DNA of 63,527 nucleotides, filler included, from Choristocarpus tenellus KU-1152 (taxonomy: Eukaryota; Protista; Phaeophyceae), in NCBI GenBank assembly GCA_964200185.2. It is 10 parts of 10 records of this genome, joined end to end, with 100 filler letters (N's around TTAATTAATTAA, not from the genome) between each part and the next. Parts side by side here need not be neighbours in the genome. Positions count along the whole stretch, not along the records: positions 23,401 to 28,665 come from CAXNAD020011315.1; positions 28,766 to 31,583 come from CAXNAD020024495.1; positions 31,684 to 34,480 come from CAXNAD020024671.1; positions 34,581 to 38,840 come from CAXNAD020015427.1; 6 more parts are not named here. The stretch is one strand, 5' to 3'. The position numbers were made by a program, and so were the translations under genes. This document shows, one piece after another, positions 23,401-37,876 of the stretch; position 1 is the stretch's first letter; every line of letters begins with the position of its first letter. The notes beneath the pieces are model-generated. The model was not told the origin of the DNA. It made no database searches and saw only the letters and a list, made by a program, of their open reading frames with translations.

Positions 23401-26204
23401 CGAGGCACCCAAAACTTTCCATCGCGAAGGTGTTGAGGTTATAACTACGAAGATCAAAGAAGCCCTCGTAGTGGGTGCACATTATGAACTCTTGTTGACG
23501 GTATGTATCAAAATGTGTATATTGTTATATCGGTAAATAAATTGACTCCACAATAATGCCAACTGCAGAGGGCATAATAATAAAAATAATGCCAACTGAC
23601 ATTTTGGAGAGATGTGTCAGGTGGTAGGAAAGGGAAAGACCAAAACTAACTAGAAAATAGAAAAAAATATAAAGTGATAATTTTCTAAAGAATTATTATA
23701 AAATATTTCACCCACCAACGTATATTTTCAATACATGGAAATTTGGAATTTTCTGGAGCCCAAGGAAAAAACACTATTTATTGTTGTATTATTGTATGTT
23801 TGTGTGCGTAGCACTTCGCTGGTTTTATGCGTACATCTAGCATCACTGACGTCATTCGAGAGAGATATATTGTACACTGTACGACAGTTCCCCAATATGA
23901 TGTATTTGTTATGAAGGGATCTATAGTTTGGGGTTCCCATTTTTTCTACTAATTCTTACTTCAAGTTTGTTTTTCCCTATATAACCTACAAAATGTTGGT
24001 AGGCATTATAATAGAGAATAATACCTCCTAGAACGACTATTCTTGTCATATATATATATTTATGTAGTAATTGGACAAAATATATTAGCAACAAGACAAC
24101 CCTATCATGGTCTCAATATAGTAACACCTATTATGGCTGTTTTGGTTATATCTACACGTTGTATGTGATGTATATATATAATGTATGTATGTTGTATCAT
24201 GTTCTGAAGTAGTGAAAACTACTATTAGTAGTACACCGCTATCAATGCGAAGCGAAACAGGAACTATTAAATCGCCGACATGCAAGATTTTTTTCATGCC
24301 CACTGCCATTTTTTGGATAGATGATGTTATTATCACAACAAGTAGGGGAGACCAACGACAACATGCTTTACAGTAGTTAATGTAACGATCACCTCACAAA
24401 ACGCGCTTTGTGCGCTTGATCTAAGCCACTAGATACCTGCTGCACACGGTCCTCTTCTTTGTTCTAGTAAAAAAGTTTTTATACAAACACTATTATTGAA
24501 ACGTAGTCTAATACTGCACCACTAGGTTTATAGGCCTCTTCATGCATATATAGTAGCGTGTTTCAACCTACTTACAAATGTTGGATACCTTTTCTGCCTA
24601 TCACTAAAATGGCGATCTGCAACATTTATAGTAGTAATAAAGATGTATGCACGACATGACAAATCGTTTGTCCCATACACCTGTACTATCCTATCTACCT
24701 GTCCATATACCACAAGAACGCTGGACCAAGGACAAGCTAGCAAGGCATTGTTGTGGAGTGATGCCAAGGAAGGGTCCAATACAAGATTCGAGGGATAAAT
24801 ACTACGACCATACTACTTAGTATATTTATGTCCATTCACAACATTCTGGAGATGGATGTTATGGAGAACAAAAAGAAAGATGCACGACAAAGAATACAAC
24901 AACAAACGAACAAGGCAACACAAAGTTTATATTTTGCATTATAATAATGATATTACAACACTACTACTGTTACAGGCGATATGGGATATACGCCAGACGT
25001 CATTATAATAATATGGGATATACGCCATACGCCAAGTAGTTTCTAATAAACCTACCCGTAACATGTAGGAGAATACACACACCCATCATATATTAATTTA
25101 CCCACCAAAGACACTTAATATACAGATCTGGAACCCACCACTATAATATAGGTCTCTCAATCCACATACCCACTCTAAAAGGGTTAGGTGAAGTCACTGG
25201 TACACTTTACGTATGTATTAGGAAGTGGGACGCACGTCCGTATCGTATCATACATTACTTACACTATTAATAAATAGTTTGAGCCAAAACTTATCCAACC
25301 AATCATGATCAAGGAATCACAGGCGAGGGGTGCTTGCAACTGGGGGCATATATATGACGCAAGGGGTCTAGAGGTTGTGGTTATGGTTATTCTTACAATC
25401 AGATCAGGCCTCGCCGTATCTGAATATTTATAACAACTAAATTCCTATCTATATTGTAGTAGTACCATATGTTTAAGATAATTTAGTATTTCCACCTGGA
25501 ATGTCAAACTGTGGGGTCTTGTTCGTCAAATAAGGAACATAGAATACTACAAGATCAGAGTAGAAGTTGTTGTCGATGTGGTACGTGATGCCTCCCCATC
25601 GCCTCTTGAGAAAGTGACTCTTTACAGCAATCTCCCAGCGAAAAGTCAGGGGCGATTGACTTTCCACCGTGAAAAATCGTCGAGGCTACTTTTCTTTTTT
25701 TCTGTTTTCTTATCATCCCTACCACCCTAGAGCCCTCGCAGACTTGTCTCTTCTGGGGGCTTAGGGAGCTCCCTCCTCTCTCTGGACCTCCTCCCATTTC
25801 GGTCCTGAGGCATTCTTTCCTTCCTGGAGGGGGTGGAGCGACATCATTCTACACTGTTGATTTTTAAGTCTTCTGAGGTGGGGACAGTTGGGCGGTGTTG
25901 GCGAAGGCTGTCGTGTGCAGTTGCCGTTCGTCACGAGTCCCTCATTGAGACGATTACTTGTGGAAGAAACAATAACCAATCGCTTTTGTGTAATCCCAGT
26001 ACTGAACCTCAACCTCCGAGGTCACTTGCAGATCGTGGGTTTGCCCATGTTAAATATGCTTCCCACTCCCTCCGATGATCTGAATTTCCTGAATCTCTCG
26101 TGGGTGAAGGCACAGGCCGACACTGGGAAGTACCTCCAGTTGCTTACAACAGGAATCAAGTACTCAATTCGACAGTGTGAGAACGTGGGCTGCAGCTTGG
26201 AGGG

Positions 26205-28396
26205 ATGGCGGAACGAGATGTGGACAATGGTATCGAAGACAGCGCCGAGCCGGGCCATAATGACATCTTGGGGGGTCAGGAGAAATCAGCGATTTTGTTG
26301 CCCGGTCTCATCCACAAGGTTTGTTTTTCAAGAGTGCGTCAAACGATTGGTTGTTGATCATGTGCCCTCTTTTGACAATTCTCTCGAAGACTTCTCACGC
26401 GGTGTTCATATCCCCATGGCAGGACGCGGACGCTATCAAGCTGTTTGTGGGACAGGTCCCTAAATCTATGAATGAGGATGACCTCCGCCCAGTGTTTGAG
26501 GAGTTTGGGGAGATTTTTGACCTCGCTGTCATTCGGGACAAAGTATCTGGTATGCACCGAGGTGGGTGTGAATGATCCCTCTATGTGAGCCAAATACATG
26601 TTCGTTGGTGACTGCTTTGAACCAAAGTGAGTTGATGAGACTCACAAGGTCACTCACCCTCTTCTCGCTTTGCAGGCTGTGCGTTCCTGACATACTGCTC
26701 GCGTTCTTCAGCTGATGCTGCGATTGCCGCCCTTCATGGTCAGCGGAGATTGCAACGGGTGAGTCATTGCTCGTCCCTCAATAATAAAATAAAATAATCT
26801 ATGGTGTGCAGGGTCCCCTTCTTGCTTTGATGGACATGACTCAGCTCCCCCAATTGGACTGCGTCGCTTTCCTCCTTTCTTTCACGGGCCTGTTGGACAT
26901 GTGCGGTGACCACGCGTGCAGCGCATGCACAGTATAATCAGGAAGAGATAATGGTTGTGATTTCTATAGCAGTCACTTCAAGATCAAGGATTGCATTACT
27001 GGTATATGTACTGAAGTAGCCATCTTTCTTGTCTTAATTTCCTACTTGAGGTTTGGTAACTCCATCAACGTTGTTGTTCTACAGGCAACAAATCCTTTAC
27101 AGGTTCGTCCTGCTGAGGGTCAAGCGGAGCAAGAAAACAAGCTGTTTGTAGGGATGGCACCCAAGTCGGCGGATGAAGATGACATCCGTGCAGTATTTTT
27201 CCCTTACGGGACAATCCGCGAGATCCATGTAATCCGAAACCAAGATGGTAGTAACAAGGGTTGCGCTTTTGTCAAGTTCTCCACACGAGAGAGTGCCTTG
27301 CGTGCCATTGAGGACCTCCATGAGAACTACACAATGAAGGGTGGCCCTCGCCCGCTTGTAGTCAAGTTTGCCGATAATAAACGTGGGGGTGGAGGAAGAC
27401 GTGGAGAAGCTTCAGATGGAGCTGTTGGATCAAGTGGAGGGTCAGGTGATTCGAGTTCGTGGCCATTTGGAGCTCTGCGAGGCCCGGGTGGGGCACAGTA
27501 TGCTTACACTCTACAATCTCCAGGTGTCGCATCTCACATGATGACTATGCCGTACCTTCCATATGGAGGGAGCACCCCCCCTGGTGGCTATGTATACTAT
27601 CCTTATGTACAGGGTTTTTCTTCGAGTAATCAATCTAGCACACAATTCCCATCTGGACCACCTAGCCCTGGACCTGGAAATTTCTCCACTGGAAGGGCTG
27701 GGCCTCCACGCACCCCAGAGACGTCTGGTGTAGATAACGCATTGCGAGGTGGTAAGGGAGGAAGCTCAGGGCGACCTGCTGAGGGACCACCAGGGGCCAA
27801 TTTGTTCATCTACCACTTACCGCAGGACTTGTCAGATGCAGACCTGGCCACAGCATTTGCACCATTTGGACATGTGCTTAGTGCCAAAGTCTATGTGGAC
27901 CGAGCCTCAGGAGAGAGCAAAGGGTTTGGTGAGACCTGAGGGACTTAAAACAAATATGCTGATAACTTTTGCATTTCCTTTTGTTGCAGTTGGTGCAGCT
28001 GCAAAGTGAAGTATGACTATTAATGGAATTAGTCTGTGCTTACGTGACAGGAAATAATAATGTATGTTAACCTGGCTCATGGGGTGGTCTCACCCTGTTT
28101 CATGCTGACCTAATCCAGGTTTTGTAAGCTACAACAAGCCAGAGCATGCCAATGCTGCCATTGCACAGATGAATGGTTTCCAGATTGGATCCAAGAGACT
28201 GAAAGTGCAACACAAGCGAAAGGTGCAGGTTGGGGGGGATCCATCTGGGGGAGCTGTTGGACCAGAGCTGCTGCACAGTGCTGCATCTCACCAGCAGCCT
28301 CTTCAGCAATCGCACCAGCCAGGGTATATAATTCATCAGGGAGCCAGGTTTGTAGGATGGACCTTCCCTCTATTGCATACTGGTGAAGTACAATGA
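26205..28396 (+). CDS. CELF/Bruno-like (CUGBP) RNA-binding protein with three RRMs
   Basis: Exons 26205-26318, 26423-26561, 26676-26758, 27085-27928 and 28119-28396. RRM1 K|[14 protein letters not shown]...HRG|CAFLTY; RRM2 ENKLFVGM...NKGCAFVKF...PLVVKFAD; RRM3 [16 protein letters not shown]...SKGFG|FVSY...[17 protein letters not shown]. These are CELF signatures. Confidence 0.95.
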
Positions 28397-28774
28397 CCCT
28401 CAAACTCTTAGAGTTCATTATAGGGGTTGAACAGAAAACAGGAAATCAATTCCAGAAATACTATAACAAAGCATATGATCGGTTTCTATCACCTCCATGC
28501 ATATCTGCATACCAGTTATGATATATAACAGGAGTTTGAATGTCTGGTTTGCCCATCTGGTGATGATAACCTTGTAGTATTCATATATATGTATATTACT
28601 AATCTATTTTCTTAATTCACTCAGGGGTCAAAGTACCTGGGGGGGGGGGGGGGGGTAAACTAGGGNNNNNNNNNNNNNNNNNNNNNNNNNNNNNNNNNNN
28701 NNNNNNNNNTTAATTAATTAANNNNNNNNNNNNNNNNNNNNNNNNNNNNNNNNNNNNNNNNNNNNGAGCTTTTC

Positions 28775-28876
28775 ATTGAGGATGGGCTTGACCCAAAATT
28801 GACTGGGATAAAGTGTCGATATGTTAAATAATAATATTAAATATATAGTCAATTTTGGGTCAAGTCCATCCTCAAT
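28775..28876. repeat. Inverted repeat: 30-bp arms (29/30 complementary), 42-nt AT-rich loop
   Basis: ATTGAGGATGGGCTTGACCCAAAATTGACT (28775-28804) pairs with AGTCAATTTTGGGTCAAGTCCATCCTCAAT (28847-28876). Confidence 0.95.
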
Positions 28877-31800
28877 TTTTGAAATCGGCTGTTACAAGTA
28901 GTGATCTATAACCTTGTCATCATGCACTTCAAGGTGGAGGAGACACCAGGTAGGTGGACTAGACGGGGCTTGACTGACTGGGGAAAAATTCCCTCGTGTG
29001 TAGACCGCTTTTGTTGGGACAGTTCAGGACCAGTTTCAGCCAGAACGATTATGATGTAGTTGTGATAGAAGAGGAGAATTGTAGTTTTCTTGTATTTTAT
29101 TCTTTAGAGGTACGTCTCATACAACTCTTGGTGTACCGAAATGTCTTTCCTGCTGTATGCGATGCAGGCTCTGCTATCGTAATGTTTTTTGTTTGTAAGT
29201 TAACTTTCTTCTCTCAGCGACAACATACTCTGCAAAACGGATGTGGGCATAATATTACATGCTATCATCTTGCACCAATAATTTACATACTATCAGGTGC
29301 ATTCGCATATTGCTTGTCCTCACACAGGAAACGTAACGCTCGTGTAAAGACAACTAACCGAACGATTTAATTGTTAATAGGGTGGTTACATACGGCAAAC
29401 AATGCATTTTTTGCACAGAGTATAAAATACTACGTAGTAATATAGCAAATAGGTCTTAAGTGTTAGATTAACAACGGATGTTGTGAGTAATAATCGTTCT
29501 GGATACCGCCTGTTTCGTGTGGCAAATGTGCTTGAGTTTTTGCTGGAAAATGGATATTTTAGGTCAAAATAGAGCTGAGTGCTGGAGTGAAGTATGTAAC
29601 ATGGACAATGAATTGATGATCCAAAAGAATAGAGCAACTGACCCCCAAACGTTATCCTGAATGACAGGAATACTATTCGTCAGGGCAAATATGATCTACA
29701 TTCTAGGGTAAACCTGACTTTAACATTACGTTGCCCCAGCTGTGTGCTTGCCTTCCCAGACTAATGTGCCCTCTCACTGCAATAATGATGACAACTGCTT
29801 GGTGATTGATTAGGGACTGCAGATACCTGTGTGTGTATGGGCAGTGGTGTCTTGTTGACGCAGCCTCTGGGACATTATACTACTACATAATACATTTCAT
29901 TTCATAAAATACATAGTATGCCCTATTTTTTGAAACTAGGAACTGAATTCATTGGACATATTTCAATATGTTGGTATTACTGTTAGGAATCAATTAATTA
30001 AACTATGCATGCCAATATCATCACTTAAAGTCTTACTTTTTAAAGTGAATGGTGAACGATGTCAAAAGAAGTATCACTGAGGAACATATTCTCCACTCCA
30101 GAGCAATAAACTGCTGGTAATTCAACTCTTGCAACAAGACAGTGACTGGAGCACCGGGTAAGAAATCGACCCGGCACTAATGATGCTGACCGTCCTGTAG
30201 TCCCATTCAGGGCTAGAGAGTACGATTATTGACCCCATGCAACCCATGCCCTATTCATACTTCTATCTCTCTGTGATACTACCTATATATGCTGTTACTC
30301 TTTAGCTACACATCCCTGTTGTGGCCAATGAATCAAGCCAGGCTGATGGTGGTTGTGTTTACAGGACCCAACACACAAGAAACACTTATGGGGAGTAACA
30401 CACGCAATACACACACACAAACACACACATAAAAGAGTAATTCTCAGAACGTTTCTACTTGCTTTAAATGTAGCATGGTGGCAGGCCATGAGCTGGTGAA
30501 ATACCGTACTGTCTAAGAGATCTATCTCACTTACCCACAAAAAAACTACATCCCTTTGCTGCAGCAGTGACACCGATCCTACTCCCCCCTGACTCGACCC
30601 CCATTATTCACTGTACGTAAACAAGTATCCCTAACACCTAAGTAATATTCAGTACTCACTTCAAAGCAGGACACTGCCCCTTCCTGGCTTACGAGGTGGA
30701 GAGGATGTGACCCCAGGCGTGAGAGGGTTAAATCGATGGGCCAAACGAAAATCAATCACAAACGTTCCTAATCACAACTCCCTCAAATACTGAGCACTCC
30801 AGAGGGCTAACCAGAGGCGCAATAGCTGGCTGGCATCAATCAAGTCAATCTTGGGGGCATGGAATATTCTTGTTCTCATCACACTGCACACTGATCCTCC
30901 ACCCCAAGTACAGTACCCAGAGTTCCATGACTTGAAATTTTGCTTTGCAATACCTCAGTAAAAAACAAGAAATACTAGGGAAAGAGAATAGAAACAAAAA
31001 ATGTTAAAAAATAAAAACAAGATGCACAAGACATCCATGGCACAGTAGTCATCACTAAGGCAGACAGCCAAGGTAGCAGGTGTTTTCCCTCCACCTGGCA
31101 AGACATGACGCTTGCAGCAGTACTATGGCAGCAAGCCTACCCCACCACAACAACACTACCCACCCCTCTTCCACCTCTGTCAACCCTCCTCTCATTGCTC
31201 TCACAAAATACATTAATACAATTTAGCCTCACAGCGCTACAGTGGAGGTTAATGGAAAGACTGTAGTAGTTGCTAACTCTCAAGCAAGCATTATCCTACA
31301 CAATCCCTCCCCCCAACAGTAGCACTAGTATCTACCCTGCCAAAGCCTATGTAGGCAACGACAACGAAATACCTTCTATAACCCTAACCCTGGCAACTAA
31401 AACAGAACACAAGGACAAGGAGGGACAATACGGGTGCCCCTGGATGTGTACAACTAAGCATTAAACCATAACAAAACCACCACAGAAGCTGCTACCCTCC
31501 TCCACAACCCCCCCCCCCCCCCCCCCCCCCCTCGTCTCCACGCGGGGGTATCATTTGTTAGATCCTTTCTTTTGGTGGGGGCCNNNNNNNNNNNNNNNNN
31601 NNNNNNNNNNNNNNNNNNNNNNNNNNNTTAATTAATTAANNNNNNNNNNNNNNNNNNNNNNNNNNNNNNNNNNNNNNNNNNNNGGGGGGGGGGTTCTCTC
31701 TCGACTGAGTGAGTTATTTTTATTTTAGTAACCATCTTCCCATAGGTAATACATGTAATATACTGTATGTTACATATTATGTATTGTATTGAATATAGAA

Positions 31801-33084
31801 TTGATGTAGTCTGTGGAAAGGTACGACTATCCAACTGCTGTGAAAGAGACCAATGACAGTATGAAGTATTGAGATTACGTTGTAGTGAGTTATGTATTTA
31901 GATTGATGGTGTGAGTTATGTGTGTAGATTGGTGGTGTGCCTTATGGTGTGAGTTATGTATGTAGATTAGTGGTGTGCCCTCTAATGTCATTCGTACTTA
32001 TCCACTGATTTCTTAAATTTGTGGTTGGCGGGAATCTCTTTTTTGTCCTCACGATCAGCATTCTGTTGATATATATATATATTTATTTTTATTGTATTTG
32101 TATTTGTATGGTGATATAAGCTGACTGTTTGGTGTTGTTATCAAGGTATTATTAGGAATGTGCATACTTCTTGGACAATCAAGGTTGGTGCATTACTTCT
32201 CATGTTAAGGAATCAGTCAGTCTCCCCAGGTGTGTCAGTCAATGTCGATATCAAGATCAAGATCAAATATCAGTATTGATATTAATATTGATATCAATAT
32301 ACTTCGGTCTTGTGTTTGTAGAAGGGGTTCCTTTGACGGGTGCGTTGTGCTTTGAACGTCTCTCTTCTTCAGCCCTCTTCCTGCAACCAGTGTTTTTGTA
32401 GCCTATTTTAGTGTGCCATGGAGGACGATGATGTGTATCCTCATCACACCAAATTTGAATTGATTTGAATCGATTTGAATCGAGCTCTTCAAACTTATTT
32501 CTGCTGGGAACGGTAGTCTCTTTTTGTTTCATCATAACAAGATGCTCTGATGGGGTGTACAGGTTGGATATGTTTGACGTGTAGTTGTCAGCAATCCAGA
32601 TTTCCCCCCTTGAAAAGAGCCAGAGAGATGGATCTAAAAAGGAAGTGCACTTCATTTGGTTTACCTGGTCGTGGGTCAGTAGTTGTGATTTAACCTAACT
32701 GTACTATTAAAATATAAGGGTTCCATTGTTTGTTGATGGTGGTAGGTAACACACACACACACACACACACTTATGGAAAGATTCATATCATGCAACTGTT
32801 GTGTGCACAGGCACACGCCACGCAAGGTGGGAAATACATGCGACATTATTAATTTGATTTTAGACTATTTGATTTGATTGTTGTCTTTTTATTCCGACGT
32901 CTCCTTTTTTTTTTGGTTTTTGATCCCCCTATCAGGCGGTGGCTAAATCGAAGTACGAGGAGGACATTTTCCCGTCCAATCACACCTCAGTATGGGGCAG
33001 TTTCTTCGATAAGAGGTTTGTAGATACTGAGTTTATTTTTATTTTGTGTTCTATCTTTTTGTAATAAAATTTAAGAAATCTGTG

Positions 33085-33400
33085 TAAGATTATGATATTT
33101 TCTTACGTTGTGGTTCTTTTGAAGTTGATGCACACATTTAGTTTTCTTTTTGTTATATTTAATTTTTTTAGTATTTTTTTCTGCATTAGAATGTGAGATT
33201 TTTCTTACTTCGAGGTTCTTTTGAAATTGATGCACACATTTAGTTTTCTTTTTATTATATTTCATTTTTTTGTTTTTGTTATTTTTTCATCATTTTATTC
33301 TGTGCATTATATTGTGATATTTTTCTTATTTTGAGGTTCTTTTGAAATTGACGTATGCGTGTAGTTTCTTTTTATTACATTCATTTTATTTTTTGTTAAT
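33085..33400 (+). repeat. AT-rich degenerate tandem repeat, ~105-120 bp, 3 copies
   Basis: TTTTCTTA....GGTTCTTTTGAA(G/A)TTGA occurs three times. Confidence 0.8.
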
Positions 33401-34106
33401 ATTTATCGTTCGTGTTTTCTTTTCTTTTCCGGTGTAAGAATGCGAGTTTCTTCTTTATACATACTGCTGTCGTTCATTTCAAATCAATTTACTTATTTAC
33501 TTTATTTTTATTTTAACATTTGTCTTTTTTTCTGTGTAAGAAACATGAGTTTTTGTTTTATTGTGTTTTGGTTCTTTTTGAATACACGTTTATTTTTGTA
33601 GTTATTCATTTTTGTTTTTTTGTATTATTTTCTTTTTCTGAGGTGGTTTTGGTTGATCGCGCTTTCGATGCCATTTCGTTCTTGATTTCTATTTTTGTTT
33701 ATTTTATTGTTCTGATTATGATTTTTATTGCACGTGGAGGCGTTGTTAGTTGAGGTGTGGGTGAGTGAGGGGGACAAAGTGCACTGCCATGATGTATGCG
33801 TGGTAATAATAGTAAAATAGTAAAAAGGGGGTTTCAATTGTAAGTGTGTGTGTTCTGAGTATGCCTTAGATCAGTACAGATGATGAGGTTGCTGGGATTG
33901 GGGTTAGGGTTAGGGTAGGGTTTGAAGCGAACGGGTGTTAGTTTTATTCCAGAATTTTTTTTTTCTTGCTGAGATCACATAAAAGTAGCTCCTATTTCAA
34001 CTGTCTTATTTTTTCACTATATTTCTTGAGTACATTATATACGTAGAGATATTTCATTTTTATTGGTGTAAATTTTTCGTGTCTTTGATATGAATTGTAT
34101 ACTCTA

Positions 34107-34143
<37 letters not shown>

Positions 34144-34291
34144 GTTCACATTTATGTTTATGTTTGTATTGGTACTTTTTTTTTTTTAATTAACGTTTTC
34201 TGTAAATGACTCCGTGCTTGCACTATTATTAGGTCAATGAAGTGGGGGTACTCTTGCTGTCACTCATTGACATACAAGTCATTCTGTACAG

Positions 34292-34398
34292 GAGAGGCTG
34301 GTAGAGAGGCAAATGATGAATCCAACTCTGCTCTCAATGTAGATGCAGCTGGTAGAAGGAAGATGTTGGAAGCAAGGCAGCCGGGAGAGAAGTCAAAG
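34292..34398 (+). CDS. Possible isolated internal exon of an unknown gene
   Basis: Purine-rich open segment (EAGREANDESNSALNVDAAGRRKMLEARQPGEKSK) bounded by TGTACAG| and AAG|GTGAAG in otherwise T-rich DNA. Confidence 0.3.
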
Positions 34399-35764
34399 GT
34401 GAAGTTTGGTGGGGGGGGGGGGGGGGGGCCACAGCCCAATTTTTTTTTTTTTTTTTTGGGGGGGGAAGGGGGGGGGGGGGNNNNNNNNNNNNNNNNNNNN
34501 NNNNNNNNNNNNNNNNNNNNNNNNTTAATTAATTAANNNNNNNNNNNNNNNNNNNNNNNNNNNNNNNNNNNNNNNNNNNNGGGGGGGGGGTGGCGCTTGG
34601 GGTTCTACACCAGGAGGTCCATTTGTACCAAAGTCAGGAAAGGTGCATTTACATAATCCATCCGAAGTATGCAACCAAATCACCCAAAAATCATGACATG
34701 AAAAATTGACCCCAGATGGACAGCCGCCACCCCCCCCCCCCAGATAATTTGAGCCTTCACATACCTACTGACACCAACTTGGTGATTTTGGGCAACTTCA
34801 CTACTAGTGTCAAGAGAGTTCAACCCTCCCTTCTCCATTCTTTCTACTGTCGAAGATTGGACACACCTCAAAAAGAGGAGAATGGAGTTTGGAACTTTAA
34901 ATTGAAATCGGAGGTTATACATTAACTGTATGGTTACTGTGTTACAGCGTGCCCCTGAATTCACCTCCACAGGATGTGTACCTCAAATCCAACGACCTTA
35001 AAACGACGCTATGGGGGCGTTGCCCTTGGAAACAGTTTGTAGGGTGTCAGGTAGCCTTCTCTATTGATATTCCACTCAATACTTAGCTCAAAGCTCGACT
35101 CAAAGTTTCGTTAAGAAAAAAGACTTGTAAGAGGGGTAAAAGTGTTTTCACTAAATATAGGTGGACTGGGAATTCCGCATTGAAAGAACGTATAAAAGCA
35201 GTGGGATTGAATCCTTTTTGGACAATCTTTTCTAGAAAAAAAATTGCATACGCGGTCGTCTATGATGATGTGCTTTATTAGATGGATCCTCCAGCACTTG
35301 ATGAAGAGTATGTGCGTCCTTTTTTATGTCGTTGTTGGCACGCCATTTACTACTGGAGGGAGCATTAGATGTGGACTATATCATGTCTTTGTCGTCATCG
35401 TCAGAACCCTCCACAAGGCTGCTGCTGTTGCTCTCGTTGCAAGACCCTAACCCTGACAGGATGTCATCATCATTCCACCCCACAACCTCGTTAGCAGATA
35501 CCTTGCCATCCTTCACTTGTTCCTGTTGCATCAATTCGAGGTTGGCACTCACGTGGATACACAATATTTGCCATGCATTGCATATGGGTCCATAGGGGGA
35601 GAGTTTGCCTATCCTCTGACCTCCCAATACATGCTCCAGACCCTATACATGCTCCAGTTGCACTCACATTCAGCACCATGGAGAGAGCGTATATGTATGG
35701 TCACGGTAGCTAACTCCTTCTGACCCAATGTATAGGAGAGGTATCCAGTTTCTTGGCCGCTTTG

Positions 35765-35965
35765 CAGTGTAAGGCACTTTTTCAACATTTTTATGGATGA
35801 AGTACCAAGTTTGCGTTTAGAGGGTTGATTTCTCTATTATTAAAAACTTTTCCGCACAATTCGTAAATATCCTAAATGCATTTGTCGAAAAAATCAAATT
35901 TTACACATATTTGTTGCCACCTTTAAAATGCAACTCTGGCTACCTCTCGTTTACTTTGACTCTCT
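35765..35965 (+). mobile_element. Dispersed repeat family A, copy 2
   Basis: Shares TATGGATGAAGT, TTTACACATATTTG, AAAATGCAAC and TTACTTTGACTC with 37877-38105. Confidence 0.7.
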
Positions 35966-36132
35966 GGCCCACCTTGTCGAGGGTGTTCCACCACCCTGCC
36001 CCTATCATGTTCTGCGCCAAATCCGCAGTTGGTTCCAGCCCTTGAAAGAACCAACCTTGTGCTTGCAAAATGCGTCATGCACTTGCCTTCAGGCCCCGAT
36101 CCAGCATATATTCCTAGCATTTGCTATATATA

Positions 36133-36370
36133 TCTCAGATGGGGGGGGTGTTTCGCCCATATTGTCCACTCGGAACTTGATGGGGTGTTGAAACATAAAT
36201 CAGTTAAGTACGTGTTGCAAGTTTTTTTCCTTCGGATTTGGTTTAGGATAGAAGAAGGTGCGTTCAGATAAAGAAAATTACCCCTATATTTGACACGTTC
36301 GCTCAAATGACTTGAAAATCACTACAGGTTCACAAAGGCCCCAATTGTACGTCTGATCCTCCCTCTAGGA
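36133..36370 (+). mobile_element. MITE family B, diverged full-length copy
   Basis: TA|TCTCAGATGG...CCCTCTAGGA|TA. Similar length and collinear internal motifs (TTGTCCA, AAGGTGYGTT, AAAATC) to 47018-47260. Confidence 0.55.
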
Positions 36371-37876
36371 TATCATGAGCCAAATGAGGTTGCTTGATAT
36401 GCAAAAGGAAGGAACTTGAAAGGCTACGGACCAGATCTACAGGTTACAAGTATGCCTAAAAAGAATTACATGCTGCAATTGCCAATCGATTTTTATTCCA
36501 TATACTTCAAAAAGTATGCGCTCTGCTCAAGTTTTAATTATCTGAATCTTCATCTTCCTTGCCTCAAGCGTTGTCCCACTACCCCCCATGCATGACCTGG
36601 GAAGAAGCTACACATTTTTGTTGTTGATCGCTATGCTGAAAGATGTTCAGAGCAGACGTTCTGTGCAATGGGAAAGAGGGGGTTCCAGAGTACACAGAGA
36701 TTTGACAGGAGGAACTCATACAGTTGGAATTTGGATCTCCCTCTAAAGGCTTGACAAGAAGCCCTCATACTTTTCATTCTTCCCTGCCCCTCCCTCCACC
36801 CTGAGCATCCTTTAACCACTCCGTAATGAATGACAAAATTACAACAAAAAAATCGTTACTAGACCTGAACAATACTTCAAGTTGTATGCCCTGATATTCC
36901 CAGCTTACTCGCAATCTTTTGCATCTTTGTGTCGTAGCATAATGCGAACTCATTTGTTCGTCAGGCACAAATGAATGCCATGCGCAAATTATTGGTGTTG
37001 TTCGGATAATGGCACATGCATGGTTATACATCGGCAGGGTGGACCAAATATCAAGTTTATAGATAATATCCTAAAAGGTCTTCACTTATAATGTCAAAAC
37101 AACAAAATAAAAGACACTCACACACATACATGAATCGTATGTACATAAATTCATACATGCTCCACACAATATAAAATAATACATTATGCATCGATTATGA
37201 CATGTCAAGTTGAACAGCACTAAATGCGGTAACTTACAATTATTTTATAGAATTGGTTCGTACAAGAAATAATATAATGCTTTACCAGAAGCCTTTTTAT
37301 TTTTCTCACTTTTCTTGGAGGAGAAAATCTCAGCCCTACCTCTTTCCAGGTTGATGGAGCACACTAATCCTTGCTGCTGCTATTATACAATATCTACAGA
37401 GTAAGTATATCACCATAGATACAAGCGAAGTCCTGCAGAGTCTGAAACAAAGATGGAAACGTTAGACCTAGAATAGTCAAACTGCTACAGAGCACTCAAA
37501 CCAAAGCACTTTCCGTATGAATAAAATAAATCACAGCAAACTATGTTTTACCTGTTAATCCATATTTTCTACTGCACGTTGTGCAATAGCACTTCCCGCT
37601 GTTTTAAAGGGGTAGTATGATGTGGATGAAATAGTAGGAGTTTAACCTCCAGAGTCACAACTAAATTAAGGAAAACAATACTTTCTAAGCAATTGAAATT
37701 TCTTGGTTGATAGGATGGTATGACGGTTTACGGATTTCACTCGCTCTTTAGCTTGTTGCAAGGTTTTCCAAGCTTGGACCAACATGTCACCTTCCCATCA
37801 TCACCCAACCTCCAAACACTACATGCCCATTACATGGTCCAAAGTAATCGAGAGGTACCCAGGTTATGGCCGTCTT

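Noticed and set aside
25888-26463. 191-aa ORF overlapping the CELF 5' end
   Set aside because: Non-ATG start, spans the UTR, exon 1 and intron 1 in another frame, and has no domain.
32263-32655. 130-aa minus-strand ORF
   Set aside because: No recognisable similarity or splice context.
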